Part shown: positions 12,538-24,424 of the stretch, in pieces
Numbering within the stretch: the first letter of the stretch is position 1
How the letters are laid out: each line of letters begins with the position of its first letter
DNA from: Cyanophora paradoxa CCMP329
Lineage: Eukaryota; Plantae; Glaucophyta
Reading direction: 5' to 3'
Length of the DNA stretch: 64,000 nucleotides
Assembly (NCBI GenBank): GCA_004431415.1
Contig: QPMI01000150.1
Span: 124,001-188,000 of the forward strand
Position numbers and translations under genes: made by a program
Notes under the pieces: model-generated
Told to the model about the DNA's origin: nothing
What the model saw: the letters and a program-made list of their open reading frames with translations, nothing else
The model's database searches: none

Positions 12538-13038
12538 ATGGCGAACAAGAACACCGCCAAGAAGAAGCGCCAGGAGAAGAACAAGAAGGAGCGGGAGCGC
12601 GCGGCGGCAGCGGGTGCGTCGTTCAAAGCGTTCTCTGGCCACGCCGCTGGTCGCGCACCCTGAGCGGTCCGCGAGACGCTCTGTGACGGTGCGAGCGCAG
12701 AAGCGCCAACGTCGGAGCGATCCGAGGCCCTCGCGTCCGCGCCAGGTCCGCGTCTGACGCCAGCGAGGGAAGTCCGCGCCTGACGCGCCCGGCCGTCACC
12801 AGCGGACTCCGAGCACCACCAGGAGGAGGCGGAAGCCGATCGGGAGGCAGCCGGCGCCGGCTCGGCCGCGAGCGCGGCGCAGGCCGCCGCTGCCGCTGCG
12901 GAAGCGGAGGCGATCGAGGCAGAGCGGGCGGAGCGGGAGGCTCGGCGGCGGGAGGCGATACGGCTCATGGAGGAGGAGCGGAGGCGGCAGGTCTCCCAGT
13001 ACGCCGACACCTCGTACCTCTCCCGCCTCGCCGCATAA
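12538..13038 (+). CDS. Small Lys-rich / charged coiled-coil protein of unknown function
   Basis: MANKNTAKKKRQEKNKKERERAAA; last exon ...EAERAEREARRREAIRLMEEERRRQVSQYADTSYLSRLAA*; GT donors and CAG acceptors between them. Confidence 0.55.
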
Positions 13039-13780
13039 CCCGCGCCGCCGCCGCCGCCGCCGCCGCCGCTCGTGTACAGACATCTCTCCTCTCCGCTCGT
13101 AACCATTTCAATAGCTCGTGCATCCCCCACGCTTTCTGCTCAGTCGGGGTTCTCGGCGCCGGCCGCGGGCTAGCGCTCCTTGGCCATGGATCTTGTTCTT
13201 CACGGAACGCGCGAGAGCTAGCCCTCGCCGGAGTTGTGGTGGGGCGCCTTGAGCTCGCTGTGACTGACCCAGGCCAGTGAGTCGGCAGTGACCCATGCAT
13301 GCATGCGCATGATGATGATGCCGGCCGCGCGCGGGCTCAGGGGCTCAAGCTATAGGACATGTTCAACGTGTGTATATGTTATTATGCCAAGGGAAACAAT
13401 TGAATCGCAGGGGCACTGGGCCTAATTGCAGAAAACGATGAAACCGTTGAAACTTGAAGCTTATACCTACACGTGACAGACATGTTCACCTAACCACATG
13501 AATGCATGACCATATAAACTATTAAAAAAATGCCGCATATATATGCACGAATGACGACGTAAAAAGATGAACGAGGAGCTGCCGAACAGCTCATATGCAT
13601 GGTCATAAAACTCCAAGCAACGCAACTGCAACTTGCTCGAGGCCTACAAGGCTAGGGGCCGGCCGAGCGGCCGTAAGCCCCGAGCGGAACGAACTGCGCG
13701 ATGTGGTGTCACGCTCACGAGAGGCACGCACGGCACGAATTGCGAATTCGCGGGAAGCTTGCTCGAGCGCGCACGGGGCC

Positions 13781-16700
13781 CTACGGGCTCAGGACGGGGA
13801 TGGCCCACTCGAGGGAGGTGACGGACTGCTGGACCTGCGCCGCGCCGTACGCGCACCGCACCCGCACGCGGTACGTGCGGACGACCTCCCCGGGTCCCGA
13901 GTACGACCTGGCGACGCCGACATCGGTCAGAAGATCGGTTGGGCGGAGGAGCGGGCCGACGGGGGCCGCGGGCGCGGGCGCGGGCGGGGGCGGACCCCGG
14001 GGCGACGTAGGGAGAGAGGTGGATGGTGGAGAAGTCCTCGCGGCACGTCTGGTTCCAGAAGTGGTACGGCGCGCCCTCCACGAGCTCCACGCCCCCGGCC
14101 CCCAGCAGCGCGTCCCCCGTCGCCCGCACCGCCACGCGGCAGGCGGCGGCGTGGTCCGGGCACCCGTCGCTCATCGCGAAGCGCAGCTGGACGGGGACGA
14201 GGGCCGGGCGCCCGCCGGCGACGCCGGAGAGGGAGCTCGGCTCGGGGTCGGCCTGCTGCAGGAAGGCCGGCGCGCTCGCGCGCTGCACGAAGAGCGAGAC
14301 GGGGCAGGAGGCGCCCGCCGGGTAGCGGCTCGAGTAGAGCTTCAGCGCGTACGACTGGCCCACCGTCAGCTGCCGCCAACGGATTAATGACTTGTTCACT
14401 CCGTCGAGGCGGGGGCGGAGGGAAAGCGGCGTCCCGGGGCCGGGGCGCACCTGGGTGCCCGGGGGGATGCTCTGGACCGCGGAGGCGTCGGCGGCGACGT
14501 GCCGCAGGCACTTGGGGGCGAAGAGGACGCTGCCCCGGAGGTCGGGGGCGGAGACCGTGCACTGCCCGCTCGGCACCTGGCCGCGCGGGGGCGGAGTGAG
14601 GCGCGCATGGCCCCCAGGGCCCGGGGGCCCGGGGGCCCGGCCCATCTCGGCGCACCAGCAGGTCGCGGGCGCGCGGGGGGCAGACGGCGCCCTCGAAGGG
14701 GCCGCCGACGTCCACGACCTTGACGGAGAAGGCGCAGCTGCCGCGCGGGCCGGCCCCCGACTCGTTCTGGATGGCGAAGCTCACGGCGTGCACGCCCGTG
14801 CCCGAGGACGGCAGGCCGGCCGTCGACCAGGCGCTCGAGACGGGGGCCGCGACGGCGGGGAGGAGGGCCTGGCCGGGGGGCGGGCTCTGCGTGAGGCTCA
14901 CCCCGCCGCTCCAGTTGCCGAAGGAGACGAGCAGCTGCTTCAGGTCGGGCATGCGGGCGGCGCAGACGGAGGAGGACCCGCCGTACGCCAGGGCCTCCAG
15001 GCGCTCCAGCTCGACGGTCCCGGGGCACTGCACCGTGTAGTAGTCCGTCGGCGGCGCGACCGTCGGGCACTGCGCGCCGCCGGTGCCGCCCGTGCCGGAG
15101 CCGCCCGTGCCCGAGCCCGTCCCGGGGGTGGAGGGCGGCCGCGGCCACGGCCCCGCCCCGACGCCGTTGGCGCAGTAGGCGTCCGAGACCAAAGCCGCAA
15201 AATTGCCTAGCGGGGGACGGAGGGCTTAGCGGCGCACGGACAACGCGGGCGCGAGGGGCGCGCGCGATCGCGCACCGGTGCGGTTGGAGTCGGCGGCGAT
15301 GAAGCCCTCGACGACGATGTAGAGGGGCGCGTCGGGCAGCAGCGAGTAGAAGGCCTCCGAGATCGTCATGTCGCAGGTCGTCGTCGCTGCGGCCCGGGCC
15401 GGCGCGCGTGAGCTCCAGAGTTGCGCGGGATCGACGGCGCGCCGGTATGCGCACCCGTCTTCACGAGGCGGCTCGATGCTTCGGTGGGGCACCCGACGTA
15501 GGCGTAGAGGGTCGGAACGAAGTCCAAGTCCAGGGAGCAGATCGAAAAGTAGATGCTTGAACTGCGAGTGCGGCGAAGCGATGGTGAGCACGGGCGTCAG
15601 CTCAGCGCACCGGTACCACAAACATCAGGCGGGCGAAGGGGGAAGCGCACGAGGAGCGGCGGACGTCGGAGACGAGAAGAATGGCGCGGGTCACGCCGTT
15701 CGTGACGGGGAAGCCGAGGGAGGAGGCGAGGGGCCAGTCGACCAGGCGGGCCCGCGTCGCGTTGCAGAAGGGCGCGTTCACCGTCGGGACGGCCGCGGGG
15801 CAGAACGGGCCTGCAAGCAGAGCGTTTCGCCCAACAATTCGAAGCTTATGCTTAAGATAAAGATAAAAGGTGATAAGCGCACGGTACGGGGGCACGATGC
15901 CCTGCGTGCAGTAGGCCGCCTTGTTCGGGTAGTTGAGGCGGGAGGGCAGGACGGGCCGGTACGGTTCGACGCCTCCCGAACCGTACGAGCCCACCATCAG
16001 CATGACATAGTATTCGCCTGCGCACTGGCGTCAGATTGAGCTCGGACGAGCACTGGTACGGATGACGACTCGCCAGCAAGGAGCTCGGGCGGGACTGTCA
16101 GCGTGGGGACGCCACCCGAAAGCTCGTAGTAAGCCTTCCAGACCGACCCGTACTGACCAATGTATGATCCGGCTGCGAGCGGGAGTGACACCACCGAAAG
16201 GATTGCGCTCGGGCGAAAAGCGGATTCGCGAACTCGTGAGCTTGCCGCGTTGCGCGGCCTCAAAGGAGGAAACGTCCGGGCAGCGGTCGTAGATGATGAG
16301 CCCCTTCACGCCTTGCGTGCGAAACGCGACCTCGAGACTGCCCGCACTGATGCTGTAGGGCAGCCGGACGCGCGCCATGGCGTGCCTCTTGAAGCCATGG
16401 TTCGGGTCCACTCCCCAGAGCGAGCCCCAGATGTAGTTCACGGGCCACCCGGGGGGCATAAAACGAGAGATCTCGTTCTCCGTCGTGATTGTCGGGAAGA
16501 TCGAGCCGCACTCCAGCATGTCGTAGAAGGGGAACGAGCACGTCTCGCTCTTCGTCAGCGGCGGTGTCAGATTGGGGCACCTGTCTCGAAGGACTCAGAG
16601 GAATGCGACGCCGTTCGCGGAGGGCGCGCACGAGCTGTCGTAGGCCGTGAAGCTGAAGGGCCCCTCGCGCCACCTCCCGTGCGGGCTGGCCATCCCCGGA

Positions 16701-19623
16701 ACGTAGCTCCCCTGAAAGGCGACGTAGTACGTCCCGCTCTTGATCACGTCACCCGCGAACGACGCGCGCCCGCTGCCTTCCGCCGAGAAGGTGGCGCTGG
16801 TCCCAGCGTACGTGACGAGCGTGTGCGATGGCAGGAGCGGGTTTCCGACGTAGAGCCGCAGCGAAGGGTACAGGACGTCCGTGGATGAGAGCTGCAGCGC
16901 GAATGCGGAGCTGCGGCAGCCGGAATCAGCGGCGGCGGCGGGACACGGGGAGTCGCAATGCGCACAGTTCGCTCTCGACACGGAAGCGGGCCAGGTAGAC
17001 GCCCCGCCGCTTGGAGGGTGTCGACGGTAGCGGATCGAGGACGGTGCTCCCCAGGTTCGGCCAGTCGCTTTGCTGCAAAGGGCGGACGTCAGAAGGAGGC
17101 GCCGCCTCGCGCGGGCGAGGGCACCTCGTAGTGGTGGGGGCCGGACCAGAGCCCGGCGGTGCTACCCTGCACGTTCGAACACGCCGTGACAGGCGCGCTG
17201 AGAGCCGAGTAGTTGTACGCAGCCGGCCCCGGTTGCGCGGCCATCCCTGCAGGCAGACGATGTCAAACCGTCGCGCGCTCATGTTTGTCGGAGCGGGGCG
17301 ACGTCGGACCGGGGAAGCCGAGCCGGGTGGCGCTGGCGAGGCGGTTGAGCGTGCCCTTCAGGCCGGCGGCGTCGAGGACCGGGAGGGCCCCGTCGAGGAG
17401 GGCCGCCTCGACGGCGGCGGCGTCCGCGGCGGGGAACGCCTCTCGGTAGAGGGCCGCCAGGCCGGCGGTGAGGGCCGCCGCGTAGGACGTGCCGTGCGCC
17501 ACGAAGTGGTCGATGGCGGGCGCCGCGTTCATCTCGGGCACGGCCGGCTGCGCGTCGAAGTACGCTGCAGGGGCACGTCAAAGCTCGCCGCGAGGCGGGC
17601 GGGGCTGGTCGATCGCGAGCGCGCACATGGATTGGCAGTCATGGAGAAGCGGGCCCTGGCGGCGCGGATGTTCTGTCCGGGCGCCAGCAGGGAGACGCAG
17701 GTGCCCCAGTTGGAGAATCCGGCGCGGAAGTCGTCTTGGTCGCTCGCGCCGACGTTGATGGCCCCCAGCGAGTTGCCGGGCGCGTAGCGGCACGCGTCCT
17801 TGTCCTCGTTGCCCGCCGCCTGCGAATGCGCACACCTCTCATCAGTGCCGAACCAGAGGCGCTCGACGCGGCGCGGGCCCAACCCGGGCCCAACCGCGAG
17901 CGCACCGTCACAACAACAGCCCCCGCCGCGCGAAGGCTGCGCGGGACAGCGCCACGTCAGCGGACGAAGCCTTGGGCCTTCGCGCGCGCACCTGGCGATG
18001 GCTTCGACGTAGGCCCCGTTGACGGCGTTCGCGAGGGCGTCGCTGGGCGCTGTCGAGGCGAAGCCCATGAGGACGACGGCGCGGCGGCCCGCGCGGGACG
18101 GCGACTGCATGCTGGCCAGCACGGCGTCGATGGCGCCGACGACGTCTGCGTCCGTCGCCGTCGCCTTGCAGGCGCTGTTCGGATCCGACGCCGTGACACG
18201 GCGGAAGACCTTGGCCGCCAGGACCGTCGCCTGGGGCGCGGGGCCGACGCTCGCTCCGGCGGCGACCGAGGCGACGGCCGTGCCGTGGAGGCCCGCGTCG
18301 CAGTCCGCGGCGAAGGCCGAGCTGGAGCTGTTCCCGCCGTCCACGTCGTAGAGCCGCACCTGCGCGCGGGCACCGTGCTCGGGTCAGCTTACAGCGCGAA
18401 ACCAGAGCGGCCGCGAAACTCATGGAGCGAGCTAGGCGAAGAGAGAAACTTAAGCCTGGTTGGGGAGTGCGCACGGTGCGGCCTACGAGCTCCGGGTGCG
18501 ACTCGCGCACGCCCGTGTCGAGGACGTAGATGTCGACCCCGGCGCCCGTGAGGCTCCCCGGCGCGAAGCGCCCGTCCAGCACGTTCGACGCCTGGTCCAG
18601 CCTACACGGCCGCCGGGCGATCAGATCTCGAGGGCTCGGGCGGGGGGGACACCCACCGGTCCAGGTGCCAGGGGCGGACGGTGGCGTTCCAGGGCCACAG
18701 CGAGGGGAGGATGGTCGTGACGTCGGGCGGGAGCTGGGCCGGCCGCACGAGCTGCCGCCAGAAGCCGGTTGAGCGCGCGCGTCGAGTGCGGCAGATCGAG
18801 AGCCCGGCCCCCACGCACCCCAACCGGCACGATGTACTTCACGTCCTCGTGGGCCGCCAGCGCGCTCCGGACTTCGGGCGAGAGCCTGCGGGTGCACGCC
18901 GGGGAGTCAGCTTAGGAGACCGGGCGCCGAGACGTCGACCGGGCGCACCTGGCCGAGAACCCGCGGACAGCGCGGCGATAGGTGTGGTGGAAGGCGGCGT
19001 GCCGGGCGTCGGATCCGGAGCCATGGGCGGTCCGCGCGCGAGCCCTGGCGTGCTCTTTCACCTTCTCCACATGCGCCTTCGCATCGCCCCCGCGCGTATG
19101 CAGTCCCTGGCCATGGACGCGCAACGTCAATCAGACGCCACTTGCAATCGGCGACAGGGCCGGGGATGGGGCTATTCGTGCGCACGACAATGTACATCTG
19201 CTCGAGCTCATGATCCGTAGCTACAGACGAGCCGGCGTCCGTGGCTGGCTGCGCCGCAGAGGCGTGATTCGGTTTTGATCTTGACGCCGCCATTGCAATT
19301 GACGGATCTTGCCCATCTTCAGCGATGGCGCCTTCGATGCTTCGCACGCGCTTGGTGAGTGCTTCAAGGGCGCCGTACAGCCCTGCAAGCTCCTCGCGCA
19401 TTTGCGCGCGATCTGCGCGATGCTCTGTTCCTGCATGCGAAGGTGCCGTGTTCACGTGCTGATCGCTGTCCCTTTCTACAACAGCAGCTGCTGCTAGGCC
19501 TATGCCGATTGTCAAAAAGCAGATTGAAATTACGAGCGGGCATGCCAGGATGGAATCAAGGCGATCCCCCTGACGCCTTCGCATGCGTCCGCCCAAAGTG
19601 GGCGACTGCTGCAGATGCTGCAT
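13781..19623 (-). CDS. Subtilisin-family (S8A, proteinase K/aqualysin-like) protease with N-terminal hydrophobic segment, I9 prodomain and long C-terminal extension with HYR-like repeats
   Basis: I9-like HTYRRAVRGFSARLS...VKYIVP; PWHLDRLDQ; catalytic motifs VLDTG, HGTAVAS, AAGN (oxyanion), GFSNWGTCVSLLAPG, GTSYAAALTAG. Reading frame continues via spliced exons past the catalytic domain; downstream exons were not all verified to the stop at 13781. Confidence 0.85.
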
Positions 19624-19931
19624 CGCCTTGTGGGCGAGTCCCAGCTGCAGGCTCTCAGGGCGACTGCTGCGCGCTCGGGCCTGAACACAGCGAAGTGGGG
19701 GGGGGGGGGGGGGGGTTTAGCCCGGCCCGGCGGGTATGACCGGGCCGCGCGGGCCCCTTCGAGGGCCGTCTGAGCCGCCCTAGGCCTAGGCCTGCCTGCC
19801 TGTACTCCTTGGAAACTTATCCCCGCGAGCTGTAATTCTTGCATGCGCCGTTTTACCCCGCGCGCGCGCGCGCCTTCAGCTTCGAGTTCCTGTGGCACGT
19901 GCTGCAGCCGCGGCCCCGCGGATCAGCGTCT

Positions 19932-22900
19932 TCATGGATTCACACGGAGCGCGGGCCGGGGGAGCAAGCCGGAGCTGGAGAAGAAGTGGTGGGGCGCCTC
20001 GCCCGCGGCCCGGGCCTCCCACGCGGCGGCGAGGGGCCCCTCGAGGGCCCGGACCCACGCCCGCGTGTCGAACAGGCCGCCGCCGCGCCCCCGGGCCGCG
20101 AGGACGGCGGCGCGGGCGGCCGCGAGGGCGCCGCGGTCGCTGGCGAGGCGCGCCGCCGCGTCCTCATAGCAGCGGAGGGAGGCGCAGAGGGGCACGGCGC
20201 CCTCCAGGCCCGCCGCCCGCAGCATCGAGGCGGCCGTGCGGGAGGCGAGCGTACCCCCCGGGAGGACGACGGGGGGCAGGCCGGCCCAGAGGGCATCCAG
20301 CATCGTGCTCTGCCCGCTGAACGCGGGGGCATCGAGGAAGAGGTCGGCCGCCGCCATCCGCTCGATCTGAGGCCGAGGTCGGGTCGGGCGGGCTGGGTAG
20401 GAGAGTGACGCGGGGGGGCGCTTGGCTCACCTGATCCTGGCGGGGCACGAAGGGGGCGTAGAAGAGGCGGGGGGCGAGGTCGGCGGGGGGTACCGGGGGG
20501 CGTTGGAGGAGCTGGCCGGCGGCGGCGGACTCGAGGCGGTAGTTCCTCTCGAGGGCCTCTACCCCCGTGAAGACCCAGAGGACCGCGTTCGGCGCCCGGC
20601 GGAGGACGTTCATCCAGACGCCGAAGAGCGAGGGCGTGAGCTGCGGTGCCGGTGAGGGCCGCGGGCCGAATCGCGCTGCGGGGGTACGGACCTTCTTGGC
20701 GGGGTGGAAGGCGGCGAGGACGACGGCCTCGGGGGGTATGCGGTACAGGGAGCGGGGGATGGGGGGCGGGGGGGCGGGCAGGTCCAGGGGGCTCCCCGGC
20801 CGAACGACCTGCCGGGCGCTCGGGCCCCGGGGCCCGCCGGCCGTGCAGGGGGGTACGCGGACCGTGATGGACTCGAGGGGGGCGTGGGAGGATACGTGGA
20901 ACGAGTTGGGAGCGGGCATCAGGAGAAGCTTCTCGGTGAAGTGCGACTGGGAAGGGGTACGGAGTCAGCAGGGGGGGCGGGAATACCGGGTTTATTCAGG
21001 GGGATACCTGCATCTCGGGAGTGGACACGAACGGGTCGCCAACGAAGTGGCTGAGGTACCCGTCCGCCCCGGAAGGCCCTTCGCAACGCCGGGGTACGTC
21101 AGCCCCGGCGGGGCGGTGGGCAAGTCGGGGAGGGGGTTACCGCCGTATGATGTGTAGAAGATCTGCACCGGGGCGGGGGAGCGGGCGATGGGGTCGCAGT
21201 GGGCGTTCAGGATGAACACTGCGCGTGCGGGGGAGGGGTACGGCCGTCAGGAAGCAGAGGTGGTGCACGAGGGGGAGAGGGACGCACTGTCAAGGTAGAT
21301 CAGAACCTGAGGCGGGGGGGAGCAAAGGTGAGGCGGGGTACGCTATTCGACGGCAGGAGGGGGGTACGTGCCTGGATGCCAGCGTCGTTGACGGCCTGTG
21401 CCACGTCGCTTGGGTAGCCCGGTGCGCCCTGCGGGGGTTTCAAAAAAGGGAGGGGTACGGCGGTCCTCTAGGGGGTACGCACGACGTAGATTACGTGATC
21501 CGCGCCGCTCACGATGGCGCGCTGAGAAAAGGGGTTTGAGCGCGGGAAGGGGTCTGGGGGGGTACGCCTGCACCTGGACGGCGTCGTCGGGGCGGGGGGT
21601 ACAGAGCACGTAGAGGTAGACCTCGAAGCGGGAGCGGTCGTGCAGGCGGGGTACGTGCTGGAACACGTACCTGGGGCGGGTCAGCGGGCCCGGAGGGGGA
21701 CGATGGGCGGGTGCGGTGCGGGGCGGGGGGGGTACCCGGTGGCGTGCTCGAGGAAGAGGACGGAGGCGTAGGCGAGCTTGACGCGGCGGGGCGGGGGCAG
21801 CAGCTGCAGCGGCCGCAGCGCCGCCCCGTGCTCCATCGCTGCGCGGCGCCATGCCTTAGAGGCAAGGGAGCGGGGCGGGGGCGGGGGCGGGGTCGGGGGC
21901 GGACGGGGCGTGGAGCGGGGGCAGGCGCGGCGGCGGGCGATGGCGAGCTGCGTGCGGGGCTCCAGCGGGAGGAAGGCCGCCGCGATCGGGTCCACCTCGC
22001 TGCCGCCCCCCGCCCCCTCAGCCCTCGCTCATTCGGAAGGGAAGAGATAAAGGCTCGTTGTGAGGGAATGTATAAGAAAGGCTCTAATATAAGAATGCAT
22101 CTCATATCATGTCTCTATATGAGAAGCGGGCACTTGTTGCGGAGGCTGCCGTAGGGCTCCTCGGGGGGCGCCGGGCCGAACTCCTCCGGCGCCGGCCGGA
22201 TCAAATCCTGCCGCGCCGGAGGCGTCGGTTTGACGGGGGCGAGAGGGAGGGAGCGGGGGGGGGCGGGGGTACCTCGAGGTCGGCGAGGAGCTCGTCCCAG
22301 TAGCGCCAGGCGGCGACCTTCGCGCCGGCCGCCACTCTGCGCGCCAGCCGGAGGCCCAGCTCAGGCTCAGGTGAAATTCAGAGCTCGAAGCCAAGGCCGG
22401 GCACGTCTGGTAGAGGAAGATGTTGTGGACCTTCCGGTCCTGGTGCCGCATCCTGCCCGCCACCGCCCCGGATCAAATTCGAATTTGAGTTCGAATTCGA
22501 GTTCGAGTTCGAGTTCGATCGCTCGGACCGGAAGGCGTGGAGGGCGGCCTGGTAGGCGCGGGAGTGGTCCCCGTAGTCCAGCGCGATGCTCACCAGGTAG
22601 TAGTAGTACGGGCCCACCATCACGTCCCCTGCACGCATCGGAGTCTCAGGGGCGGCGGGGGGGGGATAAGGGGGAAGGGGCGGGCCGGCGGCCTCGGCGA
22701 TGCGGACGGCCTCCTCGGCGTCGCGGAGGGCGCCGCGGCTGTCCCGCGCCCACTGCCGCGCCAGCGCCCGCTTCGCGTAGGGCGCCGCCGCCCCCGGCTC
22801 CACCTCCGTGCCCCGCGTGTACCTGCCCCGCCCGCCCCGCCCCGCCCCCGACCCGTCGGTCGGGCCCGGCCCGCGGGGGCGCCCTCCCGTCCGGGGGCGC

Positions 22901-23374
22901 GCACCACTGCTCCGCCGTGGCGAAGTCGCGGGCGTGGAAGAAGATGTCGCCCACCTGGATCAAATTCAGACCCGAGATCAGATCCGAGGGGGCGGGCGGG
23001 CGGGCCTGGGTGGCGGCGAAGGAGCAGCTGGGGTGCATGGCGAGGGTGAGCTCGTAGGCCTCGATGGCCGCCCGCTGGTCCCCGGCCGTGAGGTAGCACT
23101 CGGCGAGGTAGAGCAGGTGCTCCAGCTTGCCCCCGCCCGCCGCCTTCTCGAAGAATGGGATCGCCGCCGCCACGCTCACGTACTTCGCGATGTTGATCCC
23201 GTACGCGCCCGCCAGCTCCGGATCGTCCGGCACCAGCGGCACCGGCGACGCCGGCTCGGCCCGGGCGAGCGTCACGAGGAGCACCAGCGCATGCATCGCC
23301 AGCACTTGTCGCATCGCGGCCCGCCCCGCTCGCCTCCCCGAGGCGCGGGGGCCTCGCCCTCGAGCCCGCATCAT
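19932..23374 (-). CDS. GT41 O-GlcNAc-transferase-like protein (TPRs + catalytic domain) with N-terminal signal peptide
   Basis: TPR-like helices; RRVKLAYASVLFLEHATG, HDRSRFEVYLY, APVQI, FTEKLLLMP, AFHPAKKLTPSLFGVWMNVLRRAPNAVLW, ADLFLDAPAFSGQSTMLDALWAGLP, LASRTAASML, LFDTRAWVRALE. Start is ATG 23374 or 23314, followed by VLAMHALVLLVTLARA|EP. Confidence 0.85.
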
Positions 23375-24424
23375 CGTGCGCAACCCGTGCACGCCGGTGG
23401 CTGCATCGAGCGTATTGCCGCGCTGTCTCTGATCCGCGCGACGGCGTGCGACGCCGTACGTCAGAGCCACCGCGCGACGGGCGGCGGCGACTCGCCGGCG
23501 GCAGATCGCCGAGAGCTAGCTGACGGCCGATCGAGCACGCGCACCAATTCCACACTCGAGCTCACGCGGCGGCTATGGTTCCCGCGGCTTCTCCGACGCG
23601 CTCGTGCCGCAGCTAAGCAGCGCTCCAGCGAGTTACCGCTCGATTCGCTCGCCTCGATTCGCAATGACACGTACGCGCCGCCCGTTACCGTCTGCTGCTG
23701 CTCCTGGCGTTACGTTGCCAGGGCCCAAGCTGAACCGGCCTCTAAACTATCCCCGCCTGGCGCCGACCCCGGGTCAATTGCAATCACTTTAAATTTCCTG
23801 CGCCTGTCGTCATTTTTGCCTCTGCCCGGATTCGACCCTGCACACAGCTCGCGAAAAAAAGTCGGTCCCCACAACTCGGTTTGTATGACAGGGGGGGGGG
23901 TCAAGTCGACTTGGAAAATCCCCACGCCAGTCAATTAAACCTTTTCATATATATGGCATATATATGCATTCTTATAGAGCTTATTTCTTTCTATCAGTAG
24001 TTTTAACGAGATCGAGGAGAAATTCCGGTCGCTGGCAGAGTGGAGAAGTTCAACACACAGCACGCCTCTTGACTCCAGCGCGCGCCCACATCAGCATTGC
24101 GTAGGCCCGAGGATCGAAGACAGCCAGGCAGTATAGTTTGGATGCGTCCGGGCGTACTGTGGCCTAGCGCGCCTTTGTTCTGCCGCAGCAGCGGCCGACG
24201 CACGACGCCCGCAGCGAGCACGACGCACTCATGATCCGCTACGGCTCGTGGTGCGCTCGATCGAAGTGCGCTGGATAACGCCCTGCGCCCGGGCCCGTTG
24301 CCCCTGTCGCTGACAAACACGCAGGCTGACACTCCCGTGGTAGCCACTGCATGCACCTGTAGTAGCTACTGCACCTGTAGTAGCCACCATATGCATGCGG
24401 CTCTGCGGTCCGCGCGTCCGAGCC

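Noticed and set aside
22378-22803. Protein with an NSNSNSNS repeat (ORF track)
   Set aside because: The (GAGTTC)n microsatellite at about 22478-22517 lies in an intron of the GT41 gene.
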